Assembly (NCBI GenBank): GCA_963798085.1
Contig: CAWCRS010000007.1
Location: forward strand, 1,120,001-1,184,000
Length of the DNA: 64,000 nt
Origin: an uncultured Gemmatimonadales bacterium
GTDB taxonomy: Bacteria > Gemmatimonadota > Gemmatimonadetes > Longimicrobiales > RSA9
Reading direction: 5' to 3'
Part shown: one piece after another, positions 41,624-52,648 of the stretch
Layout of the letters: each line of letters opens with the position of its first letter
How positions within the stretch are numbered: the stretch's first letter is position 1
The notes under the pieces: model-generated
Told to the model about the DNA's origin: nothing
The model's input: only the letters and a program-made list of their open reading frames with translations
The model's database searches: none
Made by a program: the position numbers and the translations under genes

Positions 41624-42616
41624 ATGGACGCCTTTACGGCACTACCCATCATCGCTTTGATCGTCGCACTCATCGCCATCATGCTGTTGAACTGGGCGAT
41701 CCCTGTGCGACTCTGGATCGAAGCCATCTTCGCCGGCGTCCGTGTCGGCATTACCGATCTCATCGGGATGCGACTGCGCAAGGTGAATCCCGCGCAGGTC
41801 GTGCGTCCGCTGATCGCCGCCACCAAGGCCGGTCTCCATCTCAACGTGCAACAGCTCGAGGCGCATTACCTCGCCGGCGGTCACGTGGATCGCGTGGTGA
41901 AAGCACTGATCAGCGCCGACAAGGCGAATCTCGGACTCCCGTTCCCGCAGGCCGCCGCCATCGATCTCGCCGGCCGCGACGTGCTCGAAGCCGTGAAGGT
42001 CTCCGTCAATCCGAAAGTCATAGACACACCGCGCGTCGCCGCCATGGCGAAAGACGGCATTCAGCTGATCGCCACCGCGCGCGTTACCGTGCGCGCCAAC
42101 ATCACCCGCCTCGTGGGTGGCGCGGGCGAAGACACGATCCTCGCGCGTGTCGGTGAAGGCATTGTCTCCACCATCGGCTCTTCTGCGTCGCACAAGGCCG
42201 TGCTGGAGAACCCCGACAACATCTCGAAGACGGTGCTGGCCAAGGGACTCAATGCAGGCACCGCTTTCGAGATCCTCTCCATCGATATTGCCGATGTCGA
42301 TGTGGGCAAGAACATCGGCGCCGAGCTGCAGACGGATCAGGCGGAAGCGGACAAGCGCATCGCGCAGGCCAAGGCGGAGGAGCGTCGCGCCATGGCCGTG
42401 GCCGCCGAGCAGGAAATGCGCGCGAAGGTGCAGGAGATGCGCGCCAAGGTTGTGGAAGCCGAAGCCGAGATCCCGCTGGCCATGGCCGAAGCGTTCCGCG
42501 AGGGAAATCTCGGCATCATGGACTATGCTCGCTATCGCAATGTTACGGCGGACACGGAAATGCGGCGCGCCATTGCCGGTGGCGATGACGGCGCGCATCC
42601 GCGCGAAGGGGGCTGA
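41624..42616 (+). CDS. floA: Flotillin-like protein FloA (YqfA)
   Basis: [37 protein letters not shown] and [14 protein letters not shown] motifs. Confidence 0.95.
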   Translation: MDAFTALPIIALIVALIAIMLLNWAIPVRLWIEAIFAGVRVGITDLIGMRLRKVNPAQVVRPLIAATKAGLHLNVQQLEAHYLAGGHVDRVVKALISADKANLGLPFPQAAAIDLAGRDVLEAVKVSVNPKVIDTPRVAAMAKDGIQLIATARVTVRANITRLVGGAGEDTILARVGEGIVSTIGSSASHKAVLENPDNISKTVLAKGLNAGTAFEILSIDIADVDVGKNIGAELQTDQAEADKRIAQAKAEERRAMAVAAEQEMRAKVQEMRAKVVEAEAEIPLAMAEAFREGNLGIMDYARYRNVTADTEMRRAIAGGDDGAHPREGG

Positions 42617-43279
42617 GTGGGAAGCGGCCTTTTCTGGATCTTCCTGGTCATCATATTCGTCGTACTGCCCGCGATCGAGCGCGTACGCAAAGCCGGACAG
42701 CCGCCACCGAGCCGCCCGCCGCAGGGCCGGCCAGGGCAGCGCCCAATGCAGAGCGGCCCGATGGCGCGCACCACCATGACGTCACCGGGCGAGCGGCCGA
42801 ACGCTGCGGACATGCTGCCGCAGGATCTCTGGGAGATGCTGACCGGGCAGCGTCGCTCCGGCCCCACGCCACTGCCGCAGCCACAACCGACACTGCCACA
42901 GCCGCCCAGGGCGCCATCTGTGCAGCAGCCCGCGACTCAGGTGCCTGCTGCGCGTTCGGCTGCGCTCACGCCTCGCCCGCTCGGTCAACCGTCGCGCGAG
43001 GACGCGGCCATCACCGAACTGCTGCGCAACCGCGAACGCGAAACCGAAAAAGACCGGCGCGCGGCGCCCGCCGTCGCCGAAATACAGTCGCTCGAGACGG
43101 AGCCACCCTCCGCTGCTGTGCGCGACGCGCAGTTCCACGAAAAGCTGGCCCACCTGGCACCGCCACCCAGCGTGCATGAAGCAGGCGACCGCCTGCACAT
43201 CGATCTGCGTAATCGCTCGGCGCTCGCTCGCGCGATTCTCTTCAGGGAAGTACTGGGCCCGCCGAAAGGTCTGGAGTAA
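42617..43279 (+). CDS. Hypothetical membrane-anchored protein (YqfB-like position)
   Basis: N-terminal TM, Pro/Gln-rich linker, C-terminal AILFREVLGPPKG motif. Confidence 0.7.
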   Translation: MGSGLFWIFLVIIFVVLPAIERVRKAGQPPPSRPPQGRPGQRPMQSGPMARTTMTSPGERPNAADMLPQDLWEMLTGQRRSGPTPLPQPQPTLPQPPRAPSVQQPATQVPAARSAALTPRPLGQPSREDAAITELLRNRERETEKDRRAAPAVAEIQSLETEPPSAAVRDAQFHEKLAHLAPPPSVHEAGDRLHIDLRNRSALARAILFREVLGPPKGLE

Positions 43280-43308
43280 TCGGAATCACCGGGTTAGTTT
43301 TGGCGTCT

Positions 43309-43391
43309 GCCCGGGTGGCGAAATGGCAAACGCGGCGGACTCAAAATCCGCTGCCTGCAAGGGCTTGAGGGTTCGAATCCCTCCCCGGGCA
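43309..43391 (+). tRNA. tRNA-Leu (CAA), CCA not encoded
   Basis: Acceptor GCCCGGG/CCCGGGC, anticodon arm GCGGA-CTCAAAA-TCCGC, long variable arm, GGTTCGAATCC T-arm. Confidence 0.95.
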
Positions 43392-43414
43392 CTCCTCCCA
43401 CGCAGGGGCTGATC

Positions 43415-44155
43415 GTGCCACGCGCCATCTCGCATCTCGTCATTGCCAGCTTCGCCTTCACGGCGCTCGCCTCCACTGTCGCAGCGCAGGACACGACGTG
43501 GATCGCGACCGCACGCATTTACGGGCATGTGTTCGATCGCGGCCGCGCCAAAGCACTGCCCGGCGCCCGCCTCACACTCCTGGCGCTCGATCGACAGGCC
43601 ACCAGCGACAAGGACGGGCACTTTTCGTTTCAGGGCATCCCCGCTGGCACGTTCGTGCTGCGCGCCGAGCTGGATGGCCGCGCCACACGCGAAGATTCCG
43701 TGACCGTGCAGCAGGGACAATCGCTGGATGTGTTCGTGCGCCTGAGTCCGGACGCCGGCGAATTCCCGCACTTCGAAATCGCGCAGCGCTATTCCGGCCT
43801 GGAGGCGCGTGGTTTCTATGAACGCCGCGAGCATGTCGCAGGCATCTTCTTCTCGCCGCAGGACCTCGATCGCCGCAATGCGCGCCAGACCAGCGACATC
43901 TTCCAGGGGCTCTCCGGCATCGTCGTGAAACTCGAAGACGGTGTGAGTCGCGTCGACTTCATCCGCGGCGTGCGCTGTCGGCCGGACATCTACGTCGACA
44001 ACGCGCCGCTGGGCAGCAATCAGACCGTGGATGTGCTGCGTCCTGCCGAGGTGGCCGCCATCGAGATCTATTTCGCCGGCAACATGCCGCCGCGCTACAA
44101 GTCCAACCTGTGCGGCGCCATCGTCTTCTGGACGCGACGCTTCGGACTCAGCTGA
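43415..44155 (+). CDS. Secreted carboxypeptidase-regulatory-like domain plus TonB-plug-like domain protein
   Basis: Signal peptide; G.VFD...LPGA.L and TSDKDGHFSF; GFYERR; C-terminal IEIY...CGAIVFWT. Confidence 0.7.
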   Translation: MPRAISHLVIASFAFTALASTVAAQDTTWIATARIYGHVFDRGRAKALPGARLTLLALDRQATSDKDGHFSFQGIPAGTFVLRAELDGRATREDSVTVQQGQSLDVFVRLSPDAGEFPHFEIAQRYSGLEARGFYERREHVAGIFFSPQDLDRRNARQTSDIFQGLSGIVVKLEDGVSRVDFIRGVRCRPDIYVDNAPLGSNQTVDVLRPAEVAAIEIYFAGNMPPRYKSNLCGAIVFWTRRFGLS

Positions 44156-44164
44156 GCGCCGCGC

Positions 44165-45271
44165 TCAGCGGCTGTGGCGCATGCGCGCTTTCGCCTCGGC
44201 CAGCGCCGTTCCATAGCGCGCGACCATTGTTTCCAGACTGAACTGCTGCTCGGCCCGCAGCCGCGCGGCTGCCGCCATGCGCCTCCGCCACGCTTCATCG
44301 TGCGCCATTAACAGCAGGTTTTGAGCGACGGCGCCGGTATCGCCCGCGGTCACCAGCACACCGCTCACGCCGTCTTCGATCTGTTCGTCGTGGCTGGCGC
44401 CGCGACTCGCGATCACGGGCAGGCCGCACGCCAGCGCCTCGATCACGGCATTGGAGAAGCCCTCGGCCGCGGAGAGGTGCACCGCCACGTCCGCGGCCGC
44501 CAGCAGCTCCGGGATGTCGCGACGAGGGCCGGTGAACGTCGTCGCCAGCCCCAGCTCGCCCGCGAGCGCCTCGAGCGCCGGCCGCTCCGGCCCCGGCCCG
44601 ACGAGGAGCGCGTGCACCTGCGGCTCGCCTAACAGGCTGATAGATCGCAGCAGCAGGTCCACGTTCTTGCGCGGCTGCAGTACGCCGTGGTAGCAGACCA
44701 CGAACGCGCTGCCGGGTATACCCAGCGCCTGGCGCATGGCGAGGCGCAGCTCCGGCCGGGGCGCAAAGCGCGACAGGTCCTTGCCGTTGTGGATCACGTG
44801 CATGGGAACCGCCGCGATCCAGGGCGTCGCCGCCAGCAGCTGCGTACGCATGGCGGCGGAGTTCACGATCATGCCCTCGATGCGCGTCCACAGCGTGCGA
44901 TACAGCAGACCGTCGCGCAGCACGCTGGGCGCGCCGTGCCGGTGTACCAGGGCCGGCCCTTGCCGCAGCAGGCGAGCGGCGAAGCTGAGCTTCACGTCCT
45001 TCCGGCGGTCGGCAAGAATCACGTCCGGCCGCGTGCGCTCGATCACCGTGGCGATCTGCACCGCGCGCCACGCATTCAGCTCCGCGCGGATGGCGACGGG
45101 CATGACCTCGACAGTGCCGGCGGCAGCGAGTCGTTCGCGCAGCACACTCGCGGGATGACAGACGACGGACACGGCATGACCGGCGCTCGCCAGCCCGGTC
45201 GCCAGCTCGACCGCTGACGAGAGTCCGCCTGCCACACCGCGTTCGGAATTGACGAGGAGGATCCTCAGCAC
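44165..45271 (-). CDS. GT4 family glycosyltransferase
   Basis: VIHNG, RKNVDLL and EGFSNAVIEALACGLPVI (EX7E). Confidence 0.9.
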   Translation of the reverse strand: MLRILLVNSERGVAGGLSSAVELATGLASAGHAVSVVCHPASVLRERLAAAGTVEVMPVAIRAELNAWRAVQIATVIERTRPDVILADRRKDVKLSFAARLLRQGPALVHRHGAPSVLRDGLLYRTLWTRIEGMIVNSAAMRTQLLAATPWIAAVPMHVIHNGKDLSRFAPRPELRLAMRQALGIPGSAFVVCYHGVLQPRKNVDLLLRSISLLGEPQVHALLVGPGPERPALEALAGELGLATTFTGPRRDIPELLAAADVAVHLSAAEGFSNAVIEALACGLPVIASRGASHDEQIEDGVSGVLVTAGDTGAVAQNLLLMAHDEAWRRRMAAAARLRAEQQFSLETMVARYGTALAEAKARMRHSR

Positions 45272-45346
45272 CTTCTCACGGCCCCTGTCCGCGGTTAAGT
45301 TACGCGGGGTCAAGTCCAAGAAGCAAAACGATTTGGGAGCACACTG

Positions 45347-47145
<1,799 letters not shown>

Positions 47146-47149
<4 letters not shown>

Positions 47150-48154
47150 GCGAGGACGGACGGCGGCTCGTGGTCCGGGCGCCGAATCATCTCGGGCGAC
47201 CTGGTCATGGCCCTGCCCGCGCTGCTCGCCGCGCGCGCCGATGCCATTGTCGTCGCTGCCTGGCTCGCGCCGCTGCTCTCACTCACGCCACTCACGGCCC
47301 GGATCGTACCCCTGCGTCGCGGTGTGCGCGGCATGCTGCCCGCCGCGACGCGCATCCGGCGCGGCCAGTTCGCACGCGGCGTGCTGCTGACGTCGTCGTT
47401 CTCCTCGGCGCTGCTCTTCCGCATGTCGGGCGTGCGTTCCGTGCGCGGTGCGGCCACGGATGCCCGCGAGCGTCTGCTGAACGACGTGGTGCCGCGCAGC
47501 GCGATCGACGCGCTGCATCGCAGTGTCGCCTATCATCTGCTGGTGACCGGCGAGCCGTTGCCGGATGTGCCCCTGCCTCACCTCGAAATACCGGAGGCCG
47601 CGCAGGTGGCGTGGCGTCAGGTGTGGGGGCAGCCGGGGCAGGGCAGCGGCCGCGTGGTCGGCGTGATACCGGGCAGTCACGCCTCGTCACGCGCCTGGCC
47701 GGCGGCGCGTTACGCCGCCGTGGCGCGCGCGCTCGCCGCCGAAGGCATGCGGGTCGTCGTGTTCGGCAGTGCGGCCGAGCGCGCATTGACACGGGTCGTA
47801 GCCGGCGACTGGGCCTTCGATGCCGGCGGGCGCACGGATCTGCCCACGCTGGCGGCTGCGCTGGCGTCGTGCGACATTCTGATCACCAACGACAGTGGGC
47901 CCATGCACCTGGGCGCGGCGGCAGGCGTTCCCACGCTTGCCCTCTGGGGCGCGGGCAATCCCGCGGTCACCGGCGTCGCGGGCGCCTGCCACCGCATGCT
48001 GCGCCGCACCGATCTGCCCTGTGTGCCCTGTGTGAAAAACGAATGCCCGCGCCACGGTGCGGGCTTCATCCTGGACAATGCGGAGCGCGAATGTCTGACC
48101 CTGATCGAAGCAGTGGACGTGCTGCGCGCGGCACACGAAGCGCTGGCGCCGTGA
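47146..48154 (+). CDS. GT9 lipopolysaccharide heptosyltransferase (WaaF-like); frameshift near 47196
   Basis: VRAPNHLG(D)[21 protein letters not shown] and CVPC motifs. Confidence 0.85.
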
Positions 48155-49173
48155 TGGATGTGCACGCGGAACAGCCCACCGACAAGAAGTGGATCGTGGG
48201 CGTCGACCTGGGTGGCACTAACATTTCCGTTGGCGTGCTGCCCATGGATGGTGGCACAGGCGATGTGCTGGGTCTGCGCACCGTGGCCACCGAAGCCGGC
48301 CGCGGCGCGAAATTCGTCGTCGACCGCATCATCGGTCTGATCCAGGACGCACGCGAGGAAGTGCTCGCCGAGCATGGAGGCGTGGCCAGCGACTTTGCCG
48401 GTGTCGGCATTGGCTCGCCCGGTCCGCTCAATCGCAAGACCGGCACGGTCATCAACACGCCCAACCTGGGCTGGCGCAATTTCCCGCTGCGCGATCTCGT
48501 GGCGCGCGCCGTCGGCCTGCCTGCCACACTCGACAACGACGCCAACTGCGCCACCTATGGCGAATGGTGGCTGGGCGCCGGTCGCAACGTCGAAACGCTG
48601 GTCGGCCTCACGCTGGGTACCGGCATTGGTGGCGGCATTGTGCTGAACGGCGAGATCTTCCACGGCGTGAGCGACGCAGCCGGCGAGATCGGGCACATGA
48701 CCATCGACTCCACCGGTCGCCTCTGCAAGTGCGGCAACTACGGCTGCCTGGAAGCTTACGCATCGGGTCCGGCGATCGCGTTCCGCGCGATGGAGGGAAT
48801 TCGCGCGGGCGCGGAATCGCTGCTGCCCGGGCTCGTCGATGGCAAGCTCGAGGACATCACGGCTGCCACCGTCTATGAAGCCGTCGTGCTCGGTGATCCT
48901 TACGCCAACGAGGTGATGCGCGAGACGGCGAAGTTCCTCGGCGCCGGTGTGGCCAACATCATCAACGTGCTGAACCCGCACATGGTCGTGATCTCCGGTG
49001 GCGTGACGCGCGCCGGCGATCACCTGTTCGTGCCGCTGCGCGCGGAGGTCCGGCGTCGCGCTTTCCGCAGCGCCGAGGAAGCCTGCCAGATCGTTTCCGG
49101 CAGACTGCCCGGCACGGCGGGCGTGATCGGCGCGGCCGGCGTCTTCAAGCGAGAGACGTACGGCGTCGTTTGA
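48154..49173 (+). CDS. ROK family sugar kinase (glucokinase-like)
   Basis: GVDLGGT, DNDANCA, TLGTGIGGG, GEIGH and CKCGNYGCLE motifs. Confidence 0.93.
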   Translation: MDVHAEQPTDKKWIVGVDLGGTNISVGVLPMDGGTGDVLGLRTVATEAGRGAKFVVDRIIGLIQDAREEVLAEHGGVASDFAGVGIGSPGPLNRKTGTVINTPNLGWRNFPLRDLVARAVGLPATLDNDANCATYGEWWLGAGRNVETLVGLTLGTGIGGGIVLNGEIFHGVSDAAGEIGHMTIDSTGRLCKCGNYGCLEAYASGPAIAFRAMEGIRAGAESLLPGLVDGKLEDITAATVYEAVVLGDPYANEVMRETAKFLGAGVANIINVLNPHMVVISGGVTRAGDHLFVPLRAEVRRRAFRSAEEACQIVSGRLPGTAGVIGAAGVFKRETYGVV

Positions 49174-49183
49174 ACGCCACGCC

Positions 49184-50164
49184 ATGCCTCGCGTTGGTGT
49201 GCTCGGAACCCTGGTGTGGGACCGCATCCACTCCCGCGACGGCCGCGCTCTGCCTTTCGAGGAATGGGGCGGCTTGAGCTACGCCCTCGCCGCCGCCGCC
49301 GCCGCGTGTCCACCGGACTGGACCATCGTGCCCCTGATCCGCGTCGGGCAGGACCTGCAGGAGTCGGCGTGGCGCTTTCTCCGCTCGCTTCCCGGCTTCG
49401 ACCTCGAGTCCGGCGTGCGTGTGGTGCCGCAGCCCAACAATCGTGTCGAGCTGCGTTATCAGGATCGCGAGCGGCGCTGCGAGCAGATGTCAGGTGGCGT
49501 CGGTCCCTGGCAATGGCAGGACCTCGCGCCCATCGTCTCCACGCTCGATGCGCTCTACATCAACTTCATCTCCGGGTTCGAATTCAATCTCAATGTGGCG
49601 ACGAAGCTGCGCACCGTCTTCAGCGGTCCGATCTACGCGGACCTGCACTCGCTGTTTCTGGGAATTGATCCGGCCGGCTGGCGCACACTGCAGCCGCTCT
49701 CCGCGTGGCGCGACTGGCTGCGCTGCTTCGACATCGTGCAGGTGAACGAAGCGGAACTGCCCATGCTCGCCTCGGCATGGGGCGATCCCTGGCGCTTCGC
49801 CGCCGAAGTCGTCGGTCCGGAACTGCGCATGCTCGTGGTAACGCTCGGTTCGCGCGGCGCCGCGTACGTCGCTTCACCCGAGTTCGGCAGCGGGCCCCTG
49901 TCCTGGCGGCGCGTCGCCGGAAGCTCCGTCGTCGCCTCCCCGGCAGCCGCGCGCAGCGAGCGCTTCCCGCCGCCCGCAGGCGAGGAGGAAGGCGATCCCA
50001 CGGGCTGTGGCGATGTCTGGGGCGCCACCTGCTTCTGCAGCCTGCTCGGCGGAGAACCCATCGAGCGCGCCGCCCGGCTTGCCCTCGACGCCGCTGCGCG
50101 CAACGTGCGCTACCGCGGCGCCACGGGGCTGTTCGAGCACCTGCGCGGCAGGATCCCATCGTGA
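49184..50164 (+). CDS. PfkB/ribokinase family kinase
   Basis: GTLVWD, QVNEAE, VTLGSRG and DPTGCGD motifs. Confidence 0.85.
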   Translation: MPRVGVLGTLVWDRIHSRDGRALPFEEWGGLSYALAAAAAACPPDWTIVPLIRVGQDLQESAWRFLRSLPGFDLESGVRVVPQPNNRVELRYQDRERRCEQMSGGVGPWQWQDLAPIVSTLDALYINFISGFEFNLNVATKLRTVFSGPIYADLHSLFLGIDPAGWRTLQPLSAWRDWLRCFDIVQVNEAELPMLASAWGDPWRFAAEVVGPELRMLVVTLGSRGAAYVASPEFGSGPLSWRRVAGSSVVASPAAARSERFPPPAGEEEGDPTGCGDVWGATCFCSLLGGEPIERAARLALDAAARNVRYRGATGLFEHLRGRIPS

Positions 50165-51102
50165 AGCTCGTCGCGCTGCCGTCGTCGCTCGATGAGCGGT
50201 CCTTCGATACGGTCGTGCGCGGCCTCGAAGGCGATCCGGCGGAGCGCCGCCTGTTCGATGGCAGCCACATGCGCTGGGCCGATCCCTACGGCATGATCGG
50301 ACTGCTCGCGGTCGGCACCGTGGCCGGACAACAGGCGGAGCAGCCCATATTGCGCCTGCCGGAGTCGCCCGAGGTCGTCAGCTACATGACACGCATGGGC
50401 TTCTTCGAGCACGCAAACCCGCTGTTCGAGCTGCACGGCGCCGGCCGCCGTGCGCGCGCCGATGGCCCATCCGATGTCCTGCTCGAGATCACGGGCATCC
50501 ACTCCCACGCCGACGTGCACACCATCGTCAATCTCGTGAACGAGCGCGGCATGGCCATCCTCACCAAACAGCTGCGCTATCCCGTGCGCGAGGCGTTCCA
50601 GTTCAGCGTGGTGCTCTCCGAAGTCTGCCAGAACATCATCGAGCACGCCGAGGTCGGCGGCTGGGTGGCCACCCAGACCTACACGTGGACGAAGCGGCTG
50701 GCCGGGCGCCGCGTCGTGGTAATTGCCGTGATGGACCTCGGGATCGGGTTCCGTGGTTCGCTGGCCGCGGCGCAGGCCGCGCGTCATCCTGATGTCAGTC
50801 GCTGGACCGACGCGAACGCGCTCGAGGCTGCGTTCCTGCACGGGCAGACGCGCTTCCACGATCCCGGCCGCGGCCAGGGCCTGCAGCAGATCCGCAAACA
50901 GGTGGGCAGGTGGAACGGCCGCGTCTCCATCCGCAGCGGCACCGCGCGCATTGCTGATGTGCCCGACTGGGACGAGTCATTGCCGCTGGAACAGAATCTG
51001 CCTTTCCTGCCGGGGGCACAAATCGGTATCATTCTGCCAGCACGCGTTGCCGACGAGGAAGTTGCCTCGCCTGGTGCTGCGCGGAAGGGAGGGGCACTTT
51101 GA
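50161..51102 (+). CDS. STAS-like domain plus GHKL (HATPase_c) ATP-binding protein
   Basis: N-box SEVCQNIIEHA, G1 DLGIGF, G2 GRGQGL; N-terminal FDGSHMRWADPYG segment. Confidence 0.75.
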   Translation: MKLVALPSSLDERSFDTVVRGLEGDPAERRLFDGSHMRWADPYGMIGLLAVGTVAGQQAEQPILRLPESPEVVSYMTRMGFFEHANPLFELHGAGRRARADGPSDVLLEITGIHSHADVHTIVNLVNERGMAILTKQLRYPVREAFQFSVVLSEVCQNIIEHAEVGGWVATQTYTWTKRLAGRRVVVIAVMDLGIGFRGSLAAAQAARHPDVSRWTDANALEAAFLHGQTRFHDPGRGQGLQQIRKQVGRWNGRVSIRSGTARIADVPDWDESLPLEQNLPFLPGAQIGIILPARVADEEVASPGAARKGGAL

Positions 51103-51686
51103 GCTACGGACCGGCCATGCTCGCGTTCCAGATCGATCTCTCGAAGATCGCGCCCCGCTCCGTCGCCAGCCTCTTCTCCCACCTCGTCACCCGTCCCACC
51201 GGCCGCGCCCTGCGTCTGGGCATCGAGAGCCAGATCGGCGAGCTGGGCGCCAGCTGCGTATCCATTCTCGATTTCACGCAGGTCGTGGTGCTCGACTACA
51301 GCTGCGCCGACGAAGCGGTGGCCAAGTTGATCCAGCATTATGTGGGTGCAGACCGGCCGGCCGATGTGTACTTCGTTGCGCGCGGGCTGGGCGAACAACA
51401 TCGCGATCCCATCGAGGCCGTGCTCGCGCGTCATGGTCTGGCGCTGGTGGGCGAGGTCGAAGCGGTGGGCTTTCTGCTGCTGGGTGAGGCGACGCGGGTC
51501 GAGCGCGGCGTGTGGAACGCTCTCGAGCACGCGCGCAATGCAGCGCCCGCACAGATCGCGCACTCACTCGATGGCGGCGAAGCAGAAGTCGCCGATGCGC
51601 TGCAGGCGCTGGCCAACCGGCGTCTCGTGCTGCGCCAGATGCGCGACCGTTACGTCGCGCTCAGCTCACTGCTCGAAACGCACTGA
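51099..51686 (+). CDS. STAS-like (DUF4325-like) domain plus C-terminal winged-helix protein
   Basis: LVTRPTG, LDFTQVVVLDYSCADEAV and AQIAHSL...ALQALANRRLV patterns. Confidence 0.65.
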   Translation: MSYGPAMLAFQIDLSKIAPRSVASLFSHLVTRPTGRALRLGIESQIGELGASCVSILDFTQVVVLDYSCADEAVAKLIQHYVGADRPADVYFVARGLGEQHRDPIEAVLARHGLALVGEVEAVGFLLLGEATRVERGVWNALEHARNAAPAQIAHSLDGGEAEVADALQALANRRLVLRQMRDRYVALSSLLETH

Positions 51687-51694
51687 CCTCGCGC

Positions 51695-52429
51695 TCAGCG
51701 CGAACGGGGAAAACGCAGGCGCCGCTCCGCGCGTCCCATCACGAACCACAGCACCCGATTCGATGCCTTGAGCACGGCCAGCGCAGAGGCGGTCTGTATG
51801 TCCTCGTCCTGACTGTGCGCGCCGGCCAGGCTCAGCGAGCGGCGGCCCAGATGCGGTGACGTCACCACCACGCTCGTGAGCGCGTACCGCTCGCCCACCG
51901 CCTCCACCACAGTCGCGAACTCCAGTCCGAACCTTGCCTGCTCGCCGCTGATCTGATTCACCGCCTGCAACGTGGCCAGCGCAGCGGCTCGCGCCCGGCC
52001 GTCACCCGCCTCGAACTCGGTCGCCAGTCCCTGGATCGTTCGGCCCTCGTGCAGCAGGTGCACGCGCACGGTCACCCGTGACGCGACCACTTCGCTTTCC
52101 ACCGCGGTGAGCCGAACGCGCGTGAACGGCAGATCCATGCGCGGCGGCGGCGGTCGGTCAGCGGCAGGCGCTGGCGCTGCTTCGGCGCCATCCGTCTTCT
52201 CGTCCGCCAGCTGCGCTATGCTGATGATGCGCTGGTCGATGGGCACGCGCAGCCGGCTCTCCAGCACGCCCTTCACATGCTGCGCGAATTCGCGCGGGCG
52301 CGGACCGGGCTTGATCAGCAGATGGATCTCGCGCGGATGACCGAACGCATCAGGCTGCACGAATGCGCCTACGACGCCGGGCATCTCGCGCAGAACCGAT
52401 TCGGCGGTTTCCTTTATCCCCTTGTCCAT
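51695..52429 (-). CDS. Conserved hypothetical protein (two small alpha/beta domains)
   Basis: EIHLL...PIDQRIISIAQL, Pro/Ala linker, C-terminal SLAGA...ALAVLKASNR; codon usage fits the minus strand. Confidence 0.7.
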   Translation of the reverse strand: MDKGIKETAESVLREMPGVVGAFVQPDAFGHPREIHLLIKPGPRPREFAQHVKGVLESRLRVPIDQRIISIAQLADEKTDGAEAAPAPAADRPPPPRMDLPFTRVRLTAVESEVVASRVTVRVHLLHEGRTIQGLATEFEAGDGRARAAALATLQAVNQISGEQARFGLEFATVVEAVGERYALTSVVVTSPHLGRRSLSLAGAHSQDEDIQTASALAVLKASNRVLWFVMGRAERRLRFPRSR

Positions 52430-52648
52430 GGATGCGTCATGCAGGCGGAAGCGACCGCGCCGCCGTCGGCGGGGCCCGAGACAATGTGTCCGATCCGGTG
52501 TGAGGTCAAGACCCGTGCCCCGTCTGCACCCACGTGAACACCGCCAGGCCCCACCTCGATTGCCGGCCCGTACGCTCTCCCCGTACTTTCTTCTCCGCGT
52601 CGGCGTGCGCGCGCCGCGTTCGCTCGCCCATTCTTGCGGACCGAACCT

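Noticed and set aside
43309..44155. tRNA-Leu as the integration site of an island
   Set aside because: No integrase, no duplicated tRNA 3' end and no compositional shift were seen downstream.
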